DNA of 64,000 nucleotides, from the NCBI GenBank assembly GCA_022813965.1, contig JALDZS010000025.1, forward strand, positions 62,001 through 126,000. Direction: 5' to 3'. Position 1 is the stretch's first letter. Each line of letters starts with the position of its first letter. Below are positions 36,405-47,900 of the stretch, in pieces. This DNA is from Toensbergia leucococca. Its lineage: Eukaryota. The position numbers and the translations under genes are program-made. A model generated the notes under the pieces. The model did not search any database. It was not told the DNA's origin and saw only the letters and a program-made list of their open reading frames with translations.

Positions 36405-37530
36405 ATGGAAAGTCTCAAAGAGCCCCACTCTGTGTCACTAAAAGGTGCGATGCCCTCAAGGATGACACTCTCTGAAAGGCAACTGACTATGCAGATAGTA
36501 TTGCGGTGAGTCAATAGGTGTGATCGATTCATACTTTCTTATAATAGGTAGATTGTCCCGACCTTCTCTGTCCCAGCAATACCCTCTTCCCGCGCAAAGT
36601 TCAACCCCGAAATTTCATCAGAAAGCAGCACTTGCCATCACATCTGGAGATGTCGATGAGAACTTTGCTTTAAGCCCTGTTGTCAGTCATGACGAGATAG
36701 AACTTTCTTGACCAAACGCTCACTTTGTGCACTAGCTCACTCTCCCACCAGCTTTTGGTTCCGCCTATGTGGGAGAAACATTCTCTTGTACTTTATGTGC
36801 CAACAATGAGCTTCCACACGGCGGCGACGTTGTCATCAGTTCTGTCAAGATAGCCGCCGAAATGCAAACACCTGCTTCAACAGTACCCCTTGAGCTGACA
36901 CCATTTGATAATGAGTCTACCAAAACCCGCATGGAGCCAGGCGACTCATCACAGAAGATCGTTCGTTTCGATTTGACAGAAGAAGGCAATCACATCCTTG
37001 CCGTGAGTCTAAGCTACTCGGAAACTGTTTTGTCTAAGGAAGAGAAGTCTGCATCTAGTGGACGTGTCCGGAGCTTTCGCAAACTTTATCAATTCATTGC
37101 TCAACCGTGTCTGAGCGTGCGAACTAAGGTTTCAGACTTTCCGCTCGTTCAAGTGAGTGATGGGAAAGGTCAAATGCGGAAATTTCATCGCTACGCTCTC
37201 GAGGCTCAATTAGAAAATCTGGCAGACGACGTTGTCACGCTTGAAAATGTCAGTTTCGACTCCAAACCACCTTTCAATTCAACATCAGTCAACTGGGATG
37301 CAACTCGACGGGATCAGGAGCAAATCAATGCCCCAATGTTAGCACCCAGAGATATCTGGCAGGTTGCTTTCTTGATTGAGCAGCAGCAAGACGAAACGGG
37401 CGACAGTGCACGGAAGGAACTTAGCAAGGATGGACGGACTGTTCTAGGTCAGCTCAGTATTCAATGGCGTGGTGCTATGGGCGACTCTGGTAATCTGAGT
37501 ACAGGATGGCTGATGACAAGGAGACGTTAA
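36405..37530 (+). CDS. TRAPPC13: TRAPP complex subunit 13 family (DUF974)
   Basis: EPHSVSLKVLRLSRPSL, LPPAFGSAYVGETFSCTLCANN, RSFRKLYQF, LGQLSIQWRGAMGD..LSTG. Confidence 0.92.
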
Positions 37531-38635
37531 AAGGTACTTTTCGGGTCTCGAGAGCCGGTCCTCAAGTGAGTGGGCCATGTTTGTGAGTAAACATGTGAAA
37601 GGTCTAGGTGTAATAGTGTCGAATAGAGTACAGAACCGTTTTCACAATCAGTAAGATAGATTAACGGTAGAATCGTCAATGGTTTTATGCTCAGCTTAGC
37701 CGTCTCTGTTGTATAAACGTCTCGGACTACCTACTCCATTCGCACAAGACAGTAGACACCCGTAAGATTTGAGCTAGGTAACCGATACCGATCTTGTGCC
37801 GGAAGGCTAATGTTTCTATTGTTCAAATTAGTTTGCTTGATTCAGGACTGCAGATCAAGCAGATCGGTAGACGATAGCTGCGACGACGTCCAAATAATGA
37901 CAAGATCGCTCTGTTCAATGGAGGGGCGTCGGGCGTCAGGCAACTGCGCTCTACCTGTTGAGACTAGTGATCCTTTATTTGTTTCATGAGTTGCAAAGTC
38001 TTGAATATGGAATGAGTCCTATTCTAGCGTCTGTTTTGCTTCATGCAGGCTAGAATATGCAGCTTGGACTGTGGATTGACTTTAGGTAGAAATCACGAAA
38101 AGCTAAAGCTAATGTAGTCGCGTGCCCCTGAGTTGATGGATTTGTAAATGATATCGAGATCATAGGCCACGCGTTTCCCCCCTGGAAAGCGAAAAGTGGC
38201 CCATTCCAATTGCAACATAGTGGCAGCGGGAAGCCGATGTTGTGCAACCTGCCTTGGCATTGGCCGGCACAAAATTCACTCTATCCCATGCTACCTTCTC
38301 CTTACTATCAGATCTTCAACAGACGCCTTTCCACTCCGACCTCGCATTTTGCCGCTTTCGCTTACGTGCTGTTGGCTGTGGGGAGATGACTGCCCGAGAT
38401 TACCACTGCGTGATAATTATATGCAGCAGAAGCCCCGCCAGCGGTGCATTGTTTCGAACCCTCTTTTGCTCATAGCTTTCCGAGACTGTGCTTCTCATGG
38501 AAACCTGCTCTCTATCTCTACACTACCCTACGTCTGGGAGATGTCGTATAACATCAATATCAAACGACTAGTATTCCTGACCTGAGGCGCTTCCAGAGCA
38601 GTTTCTATCCACCTTCCTTACATCCCAGTTCCTGA

Positions 38636-41600
38636 ATGGCTCCCAAGCCACCTGCAGATACATCATCTGCACCTCTGGCTGATTGGTTCTTCATCTGCGG
38701 TCCGTGGCCCTTTCCTACCCTTTGATACACCAACCTAACACCTGAGTAGGCGTTGACAGTGACCAATTAAGATGGGGTGAACACGACGAGCCCACGGGCA
38801 GTAGCTCCTCACAGCCACCAGTCGAGCCGACAATCGAGGAAGACAAACTAGCAGAGGCTGAGGATGTCTCCCCAGTGTTGAATCTTCGGCCTGCGAACCG
38901 CAACTCCTACAACCGTTTATCCCGACTGTCCGATGAAGCACGCTTGTCAAGCACTACATTGTCACCCCCCACACCAGAGGCAAAGGAGACGGACAGTAAC
39001 AGAAGCAGCATGACGGTCAAGGGTATTCGGTTTAGTACCGTGGGCGGGCTGAGCGATATCGATTTTGACAAGGCGCTACGAAAATTCGCGTCAGAAAGAG
39101 ACTCATTCCTGTCAGACTTATCGCTCAGTGCTGGGGCTGTGGTTCCTAATCGACCTCAGCCTCGACCGAAAACACAAAGGATAGTTAACGAAGATCTTAT
39201 GGGACTCAAGTCAGGGGTTGGCAGCATCAGACGGCGTATGTCTTTCAGGGACATGAGCAGTATGAAGAAACAGGCCTCCGTTAAGAGACAATGTGGGTAC
39301 TCTGACCCTGATTTCTTAGCTTTCGGGTCCGTCATGACAGTCATGACCGAGCCCGTGTGTACTGCATTGAAATTGTACTGATAATCCTGGATTTGCAGCT
39401 TCGGTCCGTACTTCCAAGCGTTTGAGTAACTATAACTCCGTGATCCCTAATCCTCAGCCCTTAAACGCGGACGCGAACATGCACCCTCTCAAACGAAGAT
39501 TCGAGCCTGTGCTGCTGGATAGATACCCAGATAACAGCATGGTGGAAGAAACCAGGCGCAGAGGCTCGTTTCCAGACTATGTACCAATGTTTGCATTTCC
39601 CAATGATGTTCATGTTGTATCCGCGGACGAGCGGCCTCGATCAACGTGGCATGGGTTTGCCATGACTTCGGGTGACAACTCTCGGCTGTACGGAATCTGC
39701 GTTGTTGTTTGGATGCCTCTCAACGAGAAAACTTCGGAAGAGTTGGAACGCAAGTGCGAAGAGTGGAGACGAGATAACATGACCGACGAGGAGAGAGAAC
39801 TAGCAAGCAGCTTGGGCGAGAGACTGGCTGTCGAGCGAGCTAAACTCTCCAGACTGCTAGCGAAGCTTCCCTCAATGGCGTCTGGGTCTGCAGCAAGAGA
39901 AAGCCTCGAAGATGAGATTAGTGCAGTCGAGGAGAAGATTGGTCTTATGACAGATCTCCTTCGGCCTGTGAGACATGCTGCTGCAGCTAAGATTGATGGT
40001 CTGACAGACGGCGAGACTGGCCTTTGGATACCCCGATCATATGGTATCCTTGGTCGAGATTCGTCTCTCACAAGTTTCTGGAAGGAGTGGCTTCGGGCTG
40101 TGGTTGTACCGATGACCAAAGGCAGTATTCTACGAGTACCACCAAGCTCGCCGAAGATAGGGATGTGGCAACCCATTGAAAGATATGTGGTCAACTTGTG
40201 TGCCGAGGCTCTGAGCCCCATATCTTCGAAAACGCAGGTTGAGATAGCGGTCCGTGAATTACGGCTATTTGCAAGAAAAGAAGCATCGAATGAACTTCCA
40301 GGCTCTCGCAATACCGATCTTTACCCGTTATTTCGAGCGTTGTCGATTCGAAACATTGTGGTCCTATTTGAATTTGTTCTTGCTGAATCCCGTATTGTTC
40401 TCCTATCCTCACACACGTCGATGCTTCACCTCGCAAGTAAAGCTCTTGCTGAACTCCTGTATCCTCTAATTTGGTGTGGTGTTTTCATTCCTGTACTCCC
40501 TGCTCGCCTCATCCAGGCTCTCGAAGCCCCTTGTCCTTATATTGTTGGTATCGAGAGACGATATGAAAGGGTTGAGCTTCCTGAAGACGACTTTGTTCTT
40601 GTCGATCTAGATCAAGATGAAATAGAGAGCACTACACGACCAGCGCCTCTGCCAAAACAGCAACGCCGTAAGCTGACTTCGTTGCTACAAATGGCAGCCC
40701 CACATCATAACCGATACGGTGTACGACCTGGGCCTCCTCCGTATGCCATGGAGACGTATCCCTATGACGCTTTTTCCTCCGAGAATCCTTCAATATTCAG
40801 TAGCAACGCCCGCACGACATCCCTGGCAAAATTCGCCGGCCTTAATTCCACGTCCTTTGGAGACGATATGTCAAACTTCGCGCCCAGGCCTTCTCTCTTC
40901 AACGCCTTTTTGCAAGCCAGAGCCGAGCATCAACCGCTTCATGAGCGACCTTCAACGAGTTCTACTTCCAAGGAGGGCTCACCCCCTTCACTGAAGATTT
41001 CTCCGACGTCTACCTCATTTCCATCGCTTCCAGTGACCCCCATTTCACGAAATGACTCCGGAATTGCCATACAATCTTCTTTGCGCGAGAAGCGGTCGGG
41101 ACATTTTGATGGATCTTCAAGACGAAGCTCTTCTTTCACTTTCGATAGGATTCCAACGTTAAGGCGGCCTAGTATACCCTATAGCGGGCATTCCTCGCAT
41201 CTCTCGACATCCACCATATGTCCGGATTACCAGAAAATGCCGGGTCAGGCACAATCTAATTACGCACCGTCGAGTTATGCCCAATCCACTCTCGCAGCCT
41301 CGACCATTATGCCAAATATGCTTATGCAGCCGGTCCGCAACACTGATAGTACAAGCTGGATAGAAGGCCATTGCCTTAAATGGCAACCTCGTGATGATAG
41401 GTCGTTTTGCTCAGTGTGCGCTGAAAAGGCCGAAGATGGTATCTATAGGTGTTCAGGGTGTGGTATTAGCATCCATGGGAAATGTGGACAGCAGATTTGC
41501 ATCGTCTGTCCGGCAGCCTTTCATCCGGATCAAATTCGTGCAGCCTTTGTGAGATGTTTTGCCAGCTTATTTTACACATATCGAAAATTTCTTCAGCCAG

Positions 41601-42223
41601 CTACAGGTGATCAGAGGAAAGGAGGAATGATTTACCGATTCAACATGGATGGATTTTTGCGAGGCTTGCCTCATGAACATGCCGACTACACACGTGTTTT
41701 GCAACAAACGCAAGGTACGTGGTACCCACAACTTTGCCCTCCCAAACCATTGGAGAGCTAATGTGCTTTCAGCCTTCAATGAGTTCATCTACGAACGCGA
41801 ATCTAAACTTCCTGATGATCCTACCATCATGCTGTTCGACCAGATCATCCTATCAAAGAGAAATCGTGGCCGAACATCTTTCTTCAACAAGTCAAGCACC
41901 AATTTCCTGTCGGACACGTCAGATCACCTTTGGCGTTCAGCTGCTGCTACACCGCCGAGTGGTAGGTTTCCTGGAGATTACCGATCGATCGTTACAAGGA
42001 GTAAGTATTCCGGGTCGATATTTCTGCCAGCCCACCAGGCCATTACTCTTTACTAAATTTTGTCACAGCACCAGCAAAACTCGACCCAACCTTGATGAAA
42101 GAACCGCGAGTTATACAAGGTGTACCGCGGATCAATACTGCCAAGGCACGGAGGAAACCAATTCCAAGTATGTTGGGGCCGAGCTGGAAAATGAATGGGC
42201 TCGCCCAGTCTCCACCTTCTTAG
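38636..42223 (+). CDS. DENN domain (uDENN/DENN/dDENN) Rab GEF with C1-like zinc finger
   Basis: APLADWFFICG start; FEPVLLDRYP, MFAFPND, LLSSHTSML, FIPVLPARL..LEAPCPYIVG, CSVC..CSGCGISIHGKC, QTQAFNEFI. 4 introns. Confidence 0.93.
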
Positions 42224-42555
42224 GGAGAATAATAGAGATAATTTAAGAGACAGGGCATATTGTATGGCAGCTGTAAGACGAACTCTTTGTGATTCTGGTT
42301 TTGGATTTTGGGGGGAACGCCTTTGGATAGAGACTGCACTTGGATATGCATTGGGCCATCACGGTGATGAAGTCGGCGTCTAAGGTGGCTTAAAAATACA
42401 GGGCATATTGTCTCTCGTCGAGCGGCGCTGGGAGAGGTGATATTGAGCATAGTTTTCGGTAGTTGGATGGGTAGTTGCGTTTCGTGGTGTGCAAAACGTG
42501 ACTCTCCTAGACGGGGTTTAAGGCTTTCTACTCGTCTGCACCTTTCACTGACCGC

Positions 42556-43566
42556 TTACATGCTTTCGCGGCTTGAGCGTACTTCCCCTTCTAGTGTATG
42601 CATGACATCCAATGTCCAATCCACACTCTGTCCCTTCCACTCAAATTTTCGTACAAACTCCCTTGTCTCCCAAATGATCTTGCGCGCTCGCTTCCCACTC
42701 TCAGCATCGTCACTGTGCACGCATGCTTCTTTCAGCAAGAATATCAGGAACGTCCACCCGGAGATATCCCTAGGATGCTGTAAGCACCATTTATGCACCT
42801 CCTCGGCCCCACCCAGCGCCAAGTTCCCGTACCCATGATTCTCATCATTGTCCCTAGACGCAGATTCATCTTCCTTTGCCCCCAGTAACCAATACAGCCG
42901 CCGCGCGTACAGCCAAGCATAGTAGTTTCTCGGATGCCTCTCTCCCGCCCTTTTCACAATCAGCAATTCACTCCTCCACAAGCATTCCATCCCATCCGGC
43001 AACCCTTCAACTTCTCCTGCATCTGAACATATCTCAGAGTCCATAACCTGCTCCACAAATGTCCTCACAACCCAGTACCGCTGCCCCCATAGTGTCGATG
43101 ACTTGCTATGCCGTATTAATGGACTCGTCAACAGGCTCGCCATAAACATCAGCTCGCGCCGTATTGATGGCACCAATTCCTCATCTTCCCCTTTCCTCAC
43201 CGGGGAAAGCTGCAGAGCTAAGAGTGAGCGTTTGCGAAAATTGGCAGCCGTGAGGTGATTTGGATCAAGGAGCAGAATTACGGATGTGGCAATGAGGGCG
43301 GCATCATGGGTTGCGGGAGTGCCGATAGAAGGGGAGTTGTTATTTGAGAGATGGGCAAAGAAGATAGAGCGGGCGATTAGGAAGGAATGGATGAGGGCGG
43401 GTTTGGAGATGGCGAGAGAGGGGCCGTCAATCAGGAAGGGGGAGGCATGTAAATATAAGGATGGGAGAATGTCAATTTCAAGAATGCAGGGAATTGCTGG
43501 GGAGAGAGCATTTGCTAAAGTGTCATAGAGATCATCTGGAAATGGTGGAGGTGAGGTTGTTGACAT
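42556..43566 (-). CDS. Protein prenyltransferase alpha-subunit repeat protein (PTAR1/Ecm9-like)
   Basis: VILLLDPNHLTAANFRK, HSKSSTLWGQRYW, AGERHPRNYYAWLY, WCLQHPRDISGWTFL. Start taken at MSTTSPPP (43566). Confidence 0.88.
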   Translation of the reverse strand: MSTTSPPPFPDDLYDTLANALSPAIPCILEIDILPSLYLHASPFLIDGPSLAISKPALIHSFLIARSIFFAHLSNNNSPSIGTPATHDAALIATSVILLLDPNHLTAANFRKRSLLALQLSPVRKGEDEELVPSIRRELMFMASLLTSPLIRHSKSSTLWGQRYWVVRTFVEQVMDSEICSDAGEVEGLPDGMECLWRSELLIVKRAGERHPRNYYAWLYARRLYWLLGAKEDESASRDNDENHGYGNLALGGAEEVHKWCLQHPRDISGWTFLIFLLKEACVHSDDAESGKRARKIIWETREFVRKFEWKGQSVDWTLDVMHTLEGEVRSSRESM

Positions 43567-43683
43567 GGCGGGGTTGAAGAGGGGTTCTTGCCTGGGAGAG
43601 ACTGCTTGCGCCAAAAGATACGGGCCGAAAGCGCCGAGTTTCGAGTCCAACCAACTTTGGACCAAGCACAAGAAGTTACAATC

Positions 43684-44496
43684 ATGCCTTCTCTCCTCCT
43701 CATAGTCTTCGCCCTGCAGCTTATAATCCACTTGATCAACACCGTCGGTGCCCCGGCAATCAACAATCTGGTAAAGCCCTACACCCGTGCACCCTACTTC
43801 TTCAAAAGGCACACTTAGCCACATAAGTCTGACAACGCATAAATGACAGCTATGGCTCCTCTACAACAAGCTCCCGACTTCCACTTCTCAAGATGTCCGC
43901 TCGCAGACTGCGCTCCGCGTCCAGGTTGTGCGCCTCAAACGCGACATGAACGCCACGAGCTCGCAGGACGAGTTTGCCAAGTGGGCCAAGTTGCGTCGGC
44001 AGCATGATAAGGCGTTGGCGGAGTATGATCAGAAAAGTACTGCTCTCTTTTTCATACCATCGCTTTGTGTACAGCGAGATGAAGAGATGCCTTGTCCAAA
44101 CAACACTGACCCTCTTCCACTCTAACGATAGCTTCCACCCTCCAAGAATTCAAATCCTCCTTTGATAACTACGTCTCCATCGCACGCTGGCTCGCCACAA
44201 ACGGATTCCGCTTCTTCCTGCAATTCTGGTATGCCAAGCAGGCGTTGTTCTGGGTGCCTAGGGGCTGGGTACCTGGATATGTGGAGTGGATGTTGGCGTT
44301 TCCGAGGGCCCCCAGGGGAAGCGTGAGTATTCAGATTTGGGGCATAGCCTGTGCGACTGTTGTGCAGCTTGTTGGGGCGGCGGTAGTGGCGGGGTGGGTT
44401 TTGGTGAGGGAGAGGAGAGCGGTGGGGAGGGGAATGGGGAGAGAGAGGGTTGTGATGGGGGGAAGGGGGAACGGGCCTGAGAAGAAGGAGCTTTAA
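43684..44496 (+). CDS. GET1: GET complex membrane insertase Get1 (CHD5-like)
   Basis: [69 protein letters not shown]. 2 introns. Confidence 0.95.
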
Positions 44497-44895
44497 TTGT
44501 GGGGATTGGATGGGTTTGTGGGTTGAAGAGTACATGTATACTTCTTAGCTCCGCCAACATTGTCTTGGGTCGCGAAGCAAGCAAGCAACAGATGTTTCCC
44601 ATCTCATAGACGCAGCATCGATCATGGCTTTCGCTGAGATACTGCAACACGAAGTGGGATGACCTCCTTAATAAGCAGAAGTGACGGAATTGCTCTAGGC
44701 GGATCTTTTTGACTCTAGATGATTATGGAGAGAGATGCACCAGAGCTTCGAAAGCGCCGACTGCCATATGTAGTGCCATGACGCACGAACTATACGGCTA
44801 AGGTCTTCACTCTTGTTATGGGACGGCGTCTATAGAATATTGCATAAACGAAAAGTAGGACACCACTAAGACAAATATTCGAAACCCACAAACGA

Positions 44896-44972
44896 GGCCA
44901 GGGAAAAAATTGATCACCGATTGTTTAGTGAGAATTCGCTAAGTCATCGACGGTCAATTTTTTCCCCTAGCC
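44896..44972. repeat. Imperfect ~31-36-bp inverted repeat (hairpin) with 4-nt loop
   Basis: GGGAAAAAATTGATCACCGATTGTTTAGTGA-gaat-TCGCTAAGTCATCGACGGTCAATTTTTTCCC. Confidence 0.75.
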
Positions 44973-45127
44973 TTGAAAGTATATCGTTAGTGTATGATCG
45001 ACACAGGGATACATCGGCTTGGCTAAATGGTGTTGAAGCGTGGCTTCTTGCTGCACGCGCTTCTGTCCTTTATGGCTGCGTGGCAGCCAGGATGATTCCT
45101 CGATAATTCCCGTTGACAATCGCTATC

Positions 45128-46262
45128 ATGGTCAGTCTTTCAACGTGAGTACTCCCTCATAATCCCAATTTCAAGCACTGAGCTCACCCACCCCCGGCAC
45201 AGTCTCAAAACTCTCATCTTCACCCTTGGTCCCCTCCTCCTCCCCCGCATAATCAGCTACTTCCGTACTGTGCGCACCAAATCCCTCACCTCACCTGTTC
45301 CCATCCGCCCAACCCCATCAACTATCATCCCATCCCTGAACATTCTGTTCATAAGCACAGTCCTGTTTCTCCTTTCCACCCTTCCCCATTTCTCTCCGCC
45401 CAACATCTTCACCCTCACCTCCTCCCGCATCCTCACCCCAAACGATGTCCTCTTCACCCGCCTATCTCTTATCCATCCCAACGCCGCCCTAACTCCCATC
45501 GACGAGCTCCTCCGGCCCCGCCTTGCCTCCCTTGACGCAAGATGTCTCTACCTAACCTACGGTCCCTCAGTCCTGGCACACTGTCCCTTTTGCAACTCCG
45601 ACTCCCCGAGCAGCTACCTCTACTACGCACTCCCATCCCTTCTCCTCCCGCATATCCTCCATCTTTTTGCGCTCGGTTTAGCCACCTCGGGGTCTATCTC
45701 AGGGAAGGAGGGCAGCAGATGGAGAACCACAGCAGTGATCGTAGGGACCGTGTTGGCAGCGGGGGACCTTTATTTATTGGCTTCGTATGACTTCAAAGCC
45801 AATGCGCGGGCTGCGCGAGCTGAAGATCTGGTCCATTTCCACTGGCGGATGCGCACCTTCCGGGGAATTGCCATTGCAATTGCTGATGTAGGACTGGCTG
45901 GTTTGCTGTGGGCGGCTGCGACCAATAGAATGTTTGTGGTGCCTCCGAGTGTAGCGGAAAGGATGGAGGGTGCGATGCGAGTGTTGGAGAGTGTGAGAGG
46001 GAGATTGGGGGCGGTGGGGATAGTGAGGAATGTGGTTGTGAGAGATGAGGGGCTGAGGAGGAAAGGGGAGGTGTATTGGAAGAGGGAGGGGCAGGTGATG
46101 GCGGAAGTGATGGATGAGAGGGAGGTGGTAGAGGGAATTAGCGGTGCGTTGGGAAGTGGAAGGGTCCAAGTGGCGACGATTGAGGAGGAAGCGAGGAAGT
46201 ATGCAGAGGGAATTGTCGGAGGGATAGATGGGATTGGAGTATTGGGCGCGGAGACTAGATAG
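45128..46262 (+). CDS. Conserved fungal multi-pass membrane protein of unknown function
   Basis: Short exon and intron, then long ORF with PPNIFTLTSSR, LYLTYGPSVLAHCPFC, YLYYALPSLLLPHILH and several TM helices. Confidence 0.85.
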
Positions 46263-46590
46263 AAATATTCTGGCGCGGGGCGATGTTAGAACAAAGGGCT
46301 TCATGTTGGGTAACGGTACAAGAAGAAGCTTGTGCCTTTTGCGCCTGCTAGAAGAACGCCCGTAGTGACGGGATAGTAAGGTAGTGCTTCAAATTAGGTA
46401 TTTGAGCGTTATACACACCGAGGACGCTTTAGTCATGCCTTTATTTTGGCAGACGGCTTCCTCCTACTATTTGTTTTGGACGCAAATTGTCGGGTTGAGA
46501 TCTGTTGCGGCGTCGGCAGGGACGAATGGAGGGAATACAAGTGCCACGTACCGCCTTTGACACTTTTCATTTTACTTCTCCTCATCGTGT

Positions 46591-47535
46591 ATGGCTTCAC
46601 CACTTGCATGGCTCGGCACTTGCAAGGTCTCACAACTAAAGGCTATTGCAAGCGCAACAGGCATCAACTCCACTGGCTCCAAGCCCATCCTGACATCTCG
46701 CCTGCTGGACCAACTCCAGGAAGACCGATTCCAAGAACCGCGACGAGCTAAGCCGCAAAGTATCATCAGTATTGATATGGGAATTCGCAATCTAGCATAC
46801 TGCCAAATCCTTCTTCCGAAACAAAAGAAGTCGCTTGCAAGAAATGATTTGCCCGTTGTTGAGAGCTGGGACCGCATTGTTGTGTCGAGAAGGGCCGAGC
46901 CATCCATTTGCAAAATCAAAGAGCCTTTTGATCCCGCCACATACTCACAGCATGCCTATGACTTGGTGTCGAGATTGATAACGACTATGCAGCCCACTCA
47001 GATCTTAATTGAACGCCAAAGGTTTCGCTCAATGGGTGGATCTGCCGTCCAGGAATGGACGCTTCGTGTGAATATGTTTGAGGCAATGATCTACGCTGTT
47101 CTGAAAACCTTTTCTGAGCAAGCATCTTGGACCGGTGCTGTCTACCCCGTTGCTCCTGGCAAAGTATCTAAATTCTGGCTTGGTGAGCCATTGGAGGACT
47201 CAGGAAGAGTCTCTGCCTCGAAGAGTGGCAAGACAAAGACAGCAAAAATAGACCTGGTTCGTACGTGGCTGGAAGAGAAGAGTCATCTCGTGTTGCAAGG
47301 ACAAGCAAAGACGTTAGGACGAGTCTATCTGGGAAAACGCCAAGATAAGGAAAGACTTGTGCCCGAGGGTAAAAGAAAATTGGACTTCGATCCTGGTGAG
47401 CTCGTACCTGATAAGATTGGTAAGCTTGATGATCTCGCCGACTGTTTGCTCCAGGGTATGGCATGGATTAAGTGGGAGGAGAACAGGAGGAGTATTCTCA
47501 CAAAAGGACTAGATGCGTTGGACGAAATGGATTGA
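46591..47535 (+). CDS. CCE1: Mitochondrial cruciform-cutting endonuclease (Cce1/Ydc2 resolvase)
   Basis: SAP-like N-terminus (LKAIASATGINSTGSKPIL), ISIDMGIRNLAYC, LIERQRFRSMGG, KLDDLADCLLQG. Confidence 0.95.
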   Translation: MASPLAWLGTCKVSQLKAIASATGINSTGSKPILTSRLLDQLQEDRFQEPRRAKPQSIISIDMGIRNLAYCQILLPKQKKSLARNDLPVVESWDRIVVSRRAEPSICKIKEPFDPATYSQHAYDLVSRLITTMQPTQILIERQRFRSMGGSAVQEWTLRVNMFEAMIYAVLKTFSEQASWTGAVYPVAPGKVSKFWLGEPLEDSGRVSASKSGKTKTAKIDLVRTWLEEKSHLVLQGQAKTLGRVYLGKRQDKERLVPEGKRKLDFDPGELVPDKIGKLDDLADCLLQGMAWIKWEENRRSILTKGLDALDEMD

Positions 47536-47900
47536 AACCGCTCCAATCCCTGGAACTCATACACCAAAAGTATCCTCGTCTACCATACGAATCCGTTCCC
47601 GGCATGCCCAGGAATTATTCAGAATTCATGTCCCTGTCATCATGACCCTGTCGATGATACTAATCCTATTTAGCAGATACACTCTACAATTCATAGCGGC
47701 GGCCTGAGGGTTCCTCTTGTGGTCATCAACGAACAGTGGTCCTCCCGGAACAGTTATTGCTTCTAGTCGACGTCTCTGGCTGTCGTTTTCAAGATGTGGT
47801 GGCATATCAACCACGAAACCCCCCGAGTTGTTTATTGCAATATCCAGCCTAGTCAAAGGAACCAAGCAAGTGCTAAACTTTATAAAGTCTCTCGAGATGA

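Noticed and set aside
43567..43824. N-terminal extension of the 422-aa ORF as real protein overlapping GET1
   Set aside because: It begins at a GTG inside the GET1 intron and is antisense to GET1 exon 1. The ATG at 43566 is the more plausible start.
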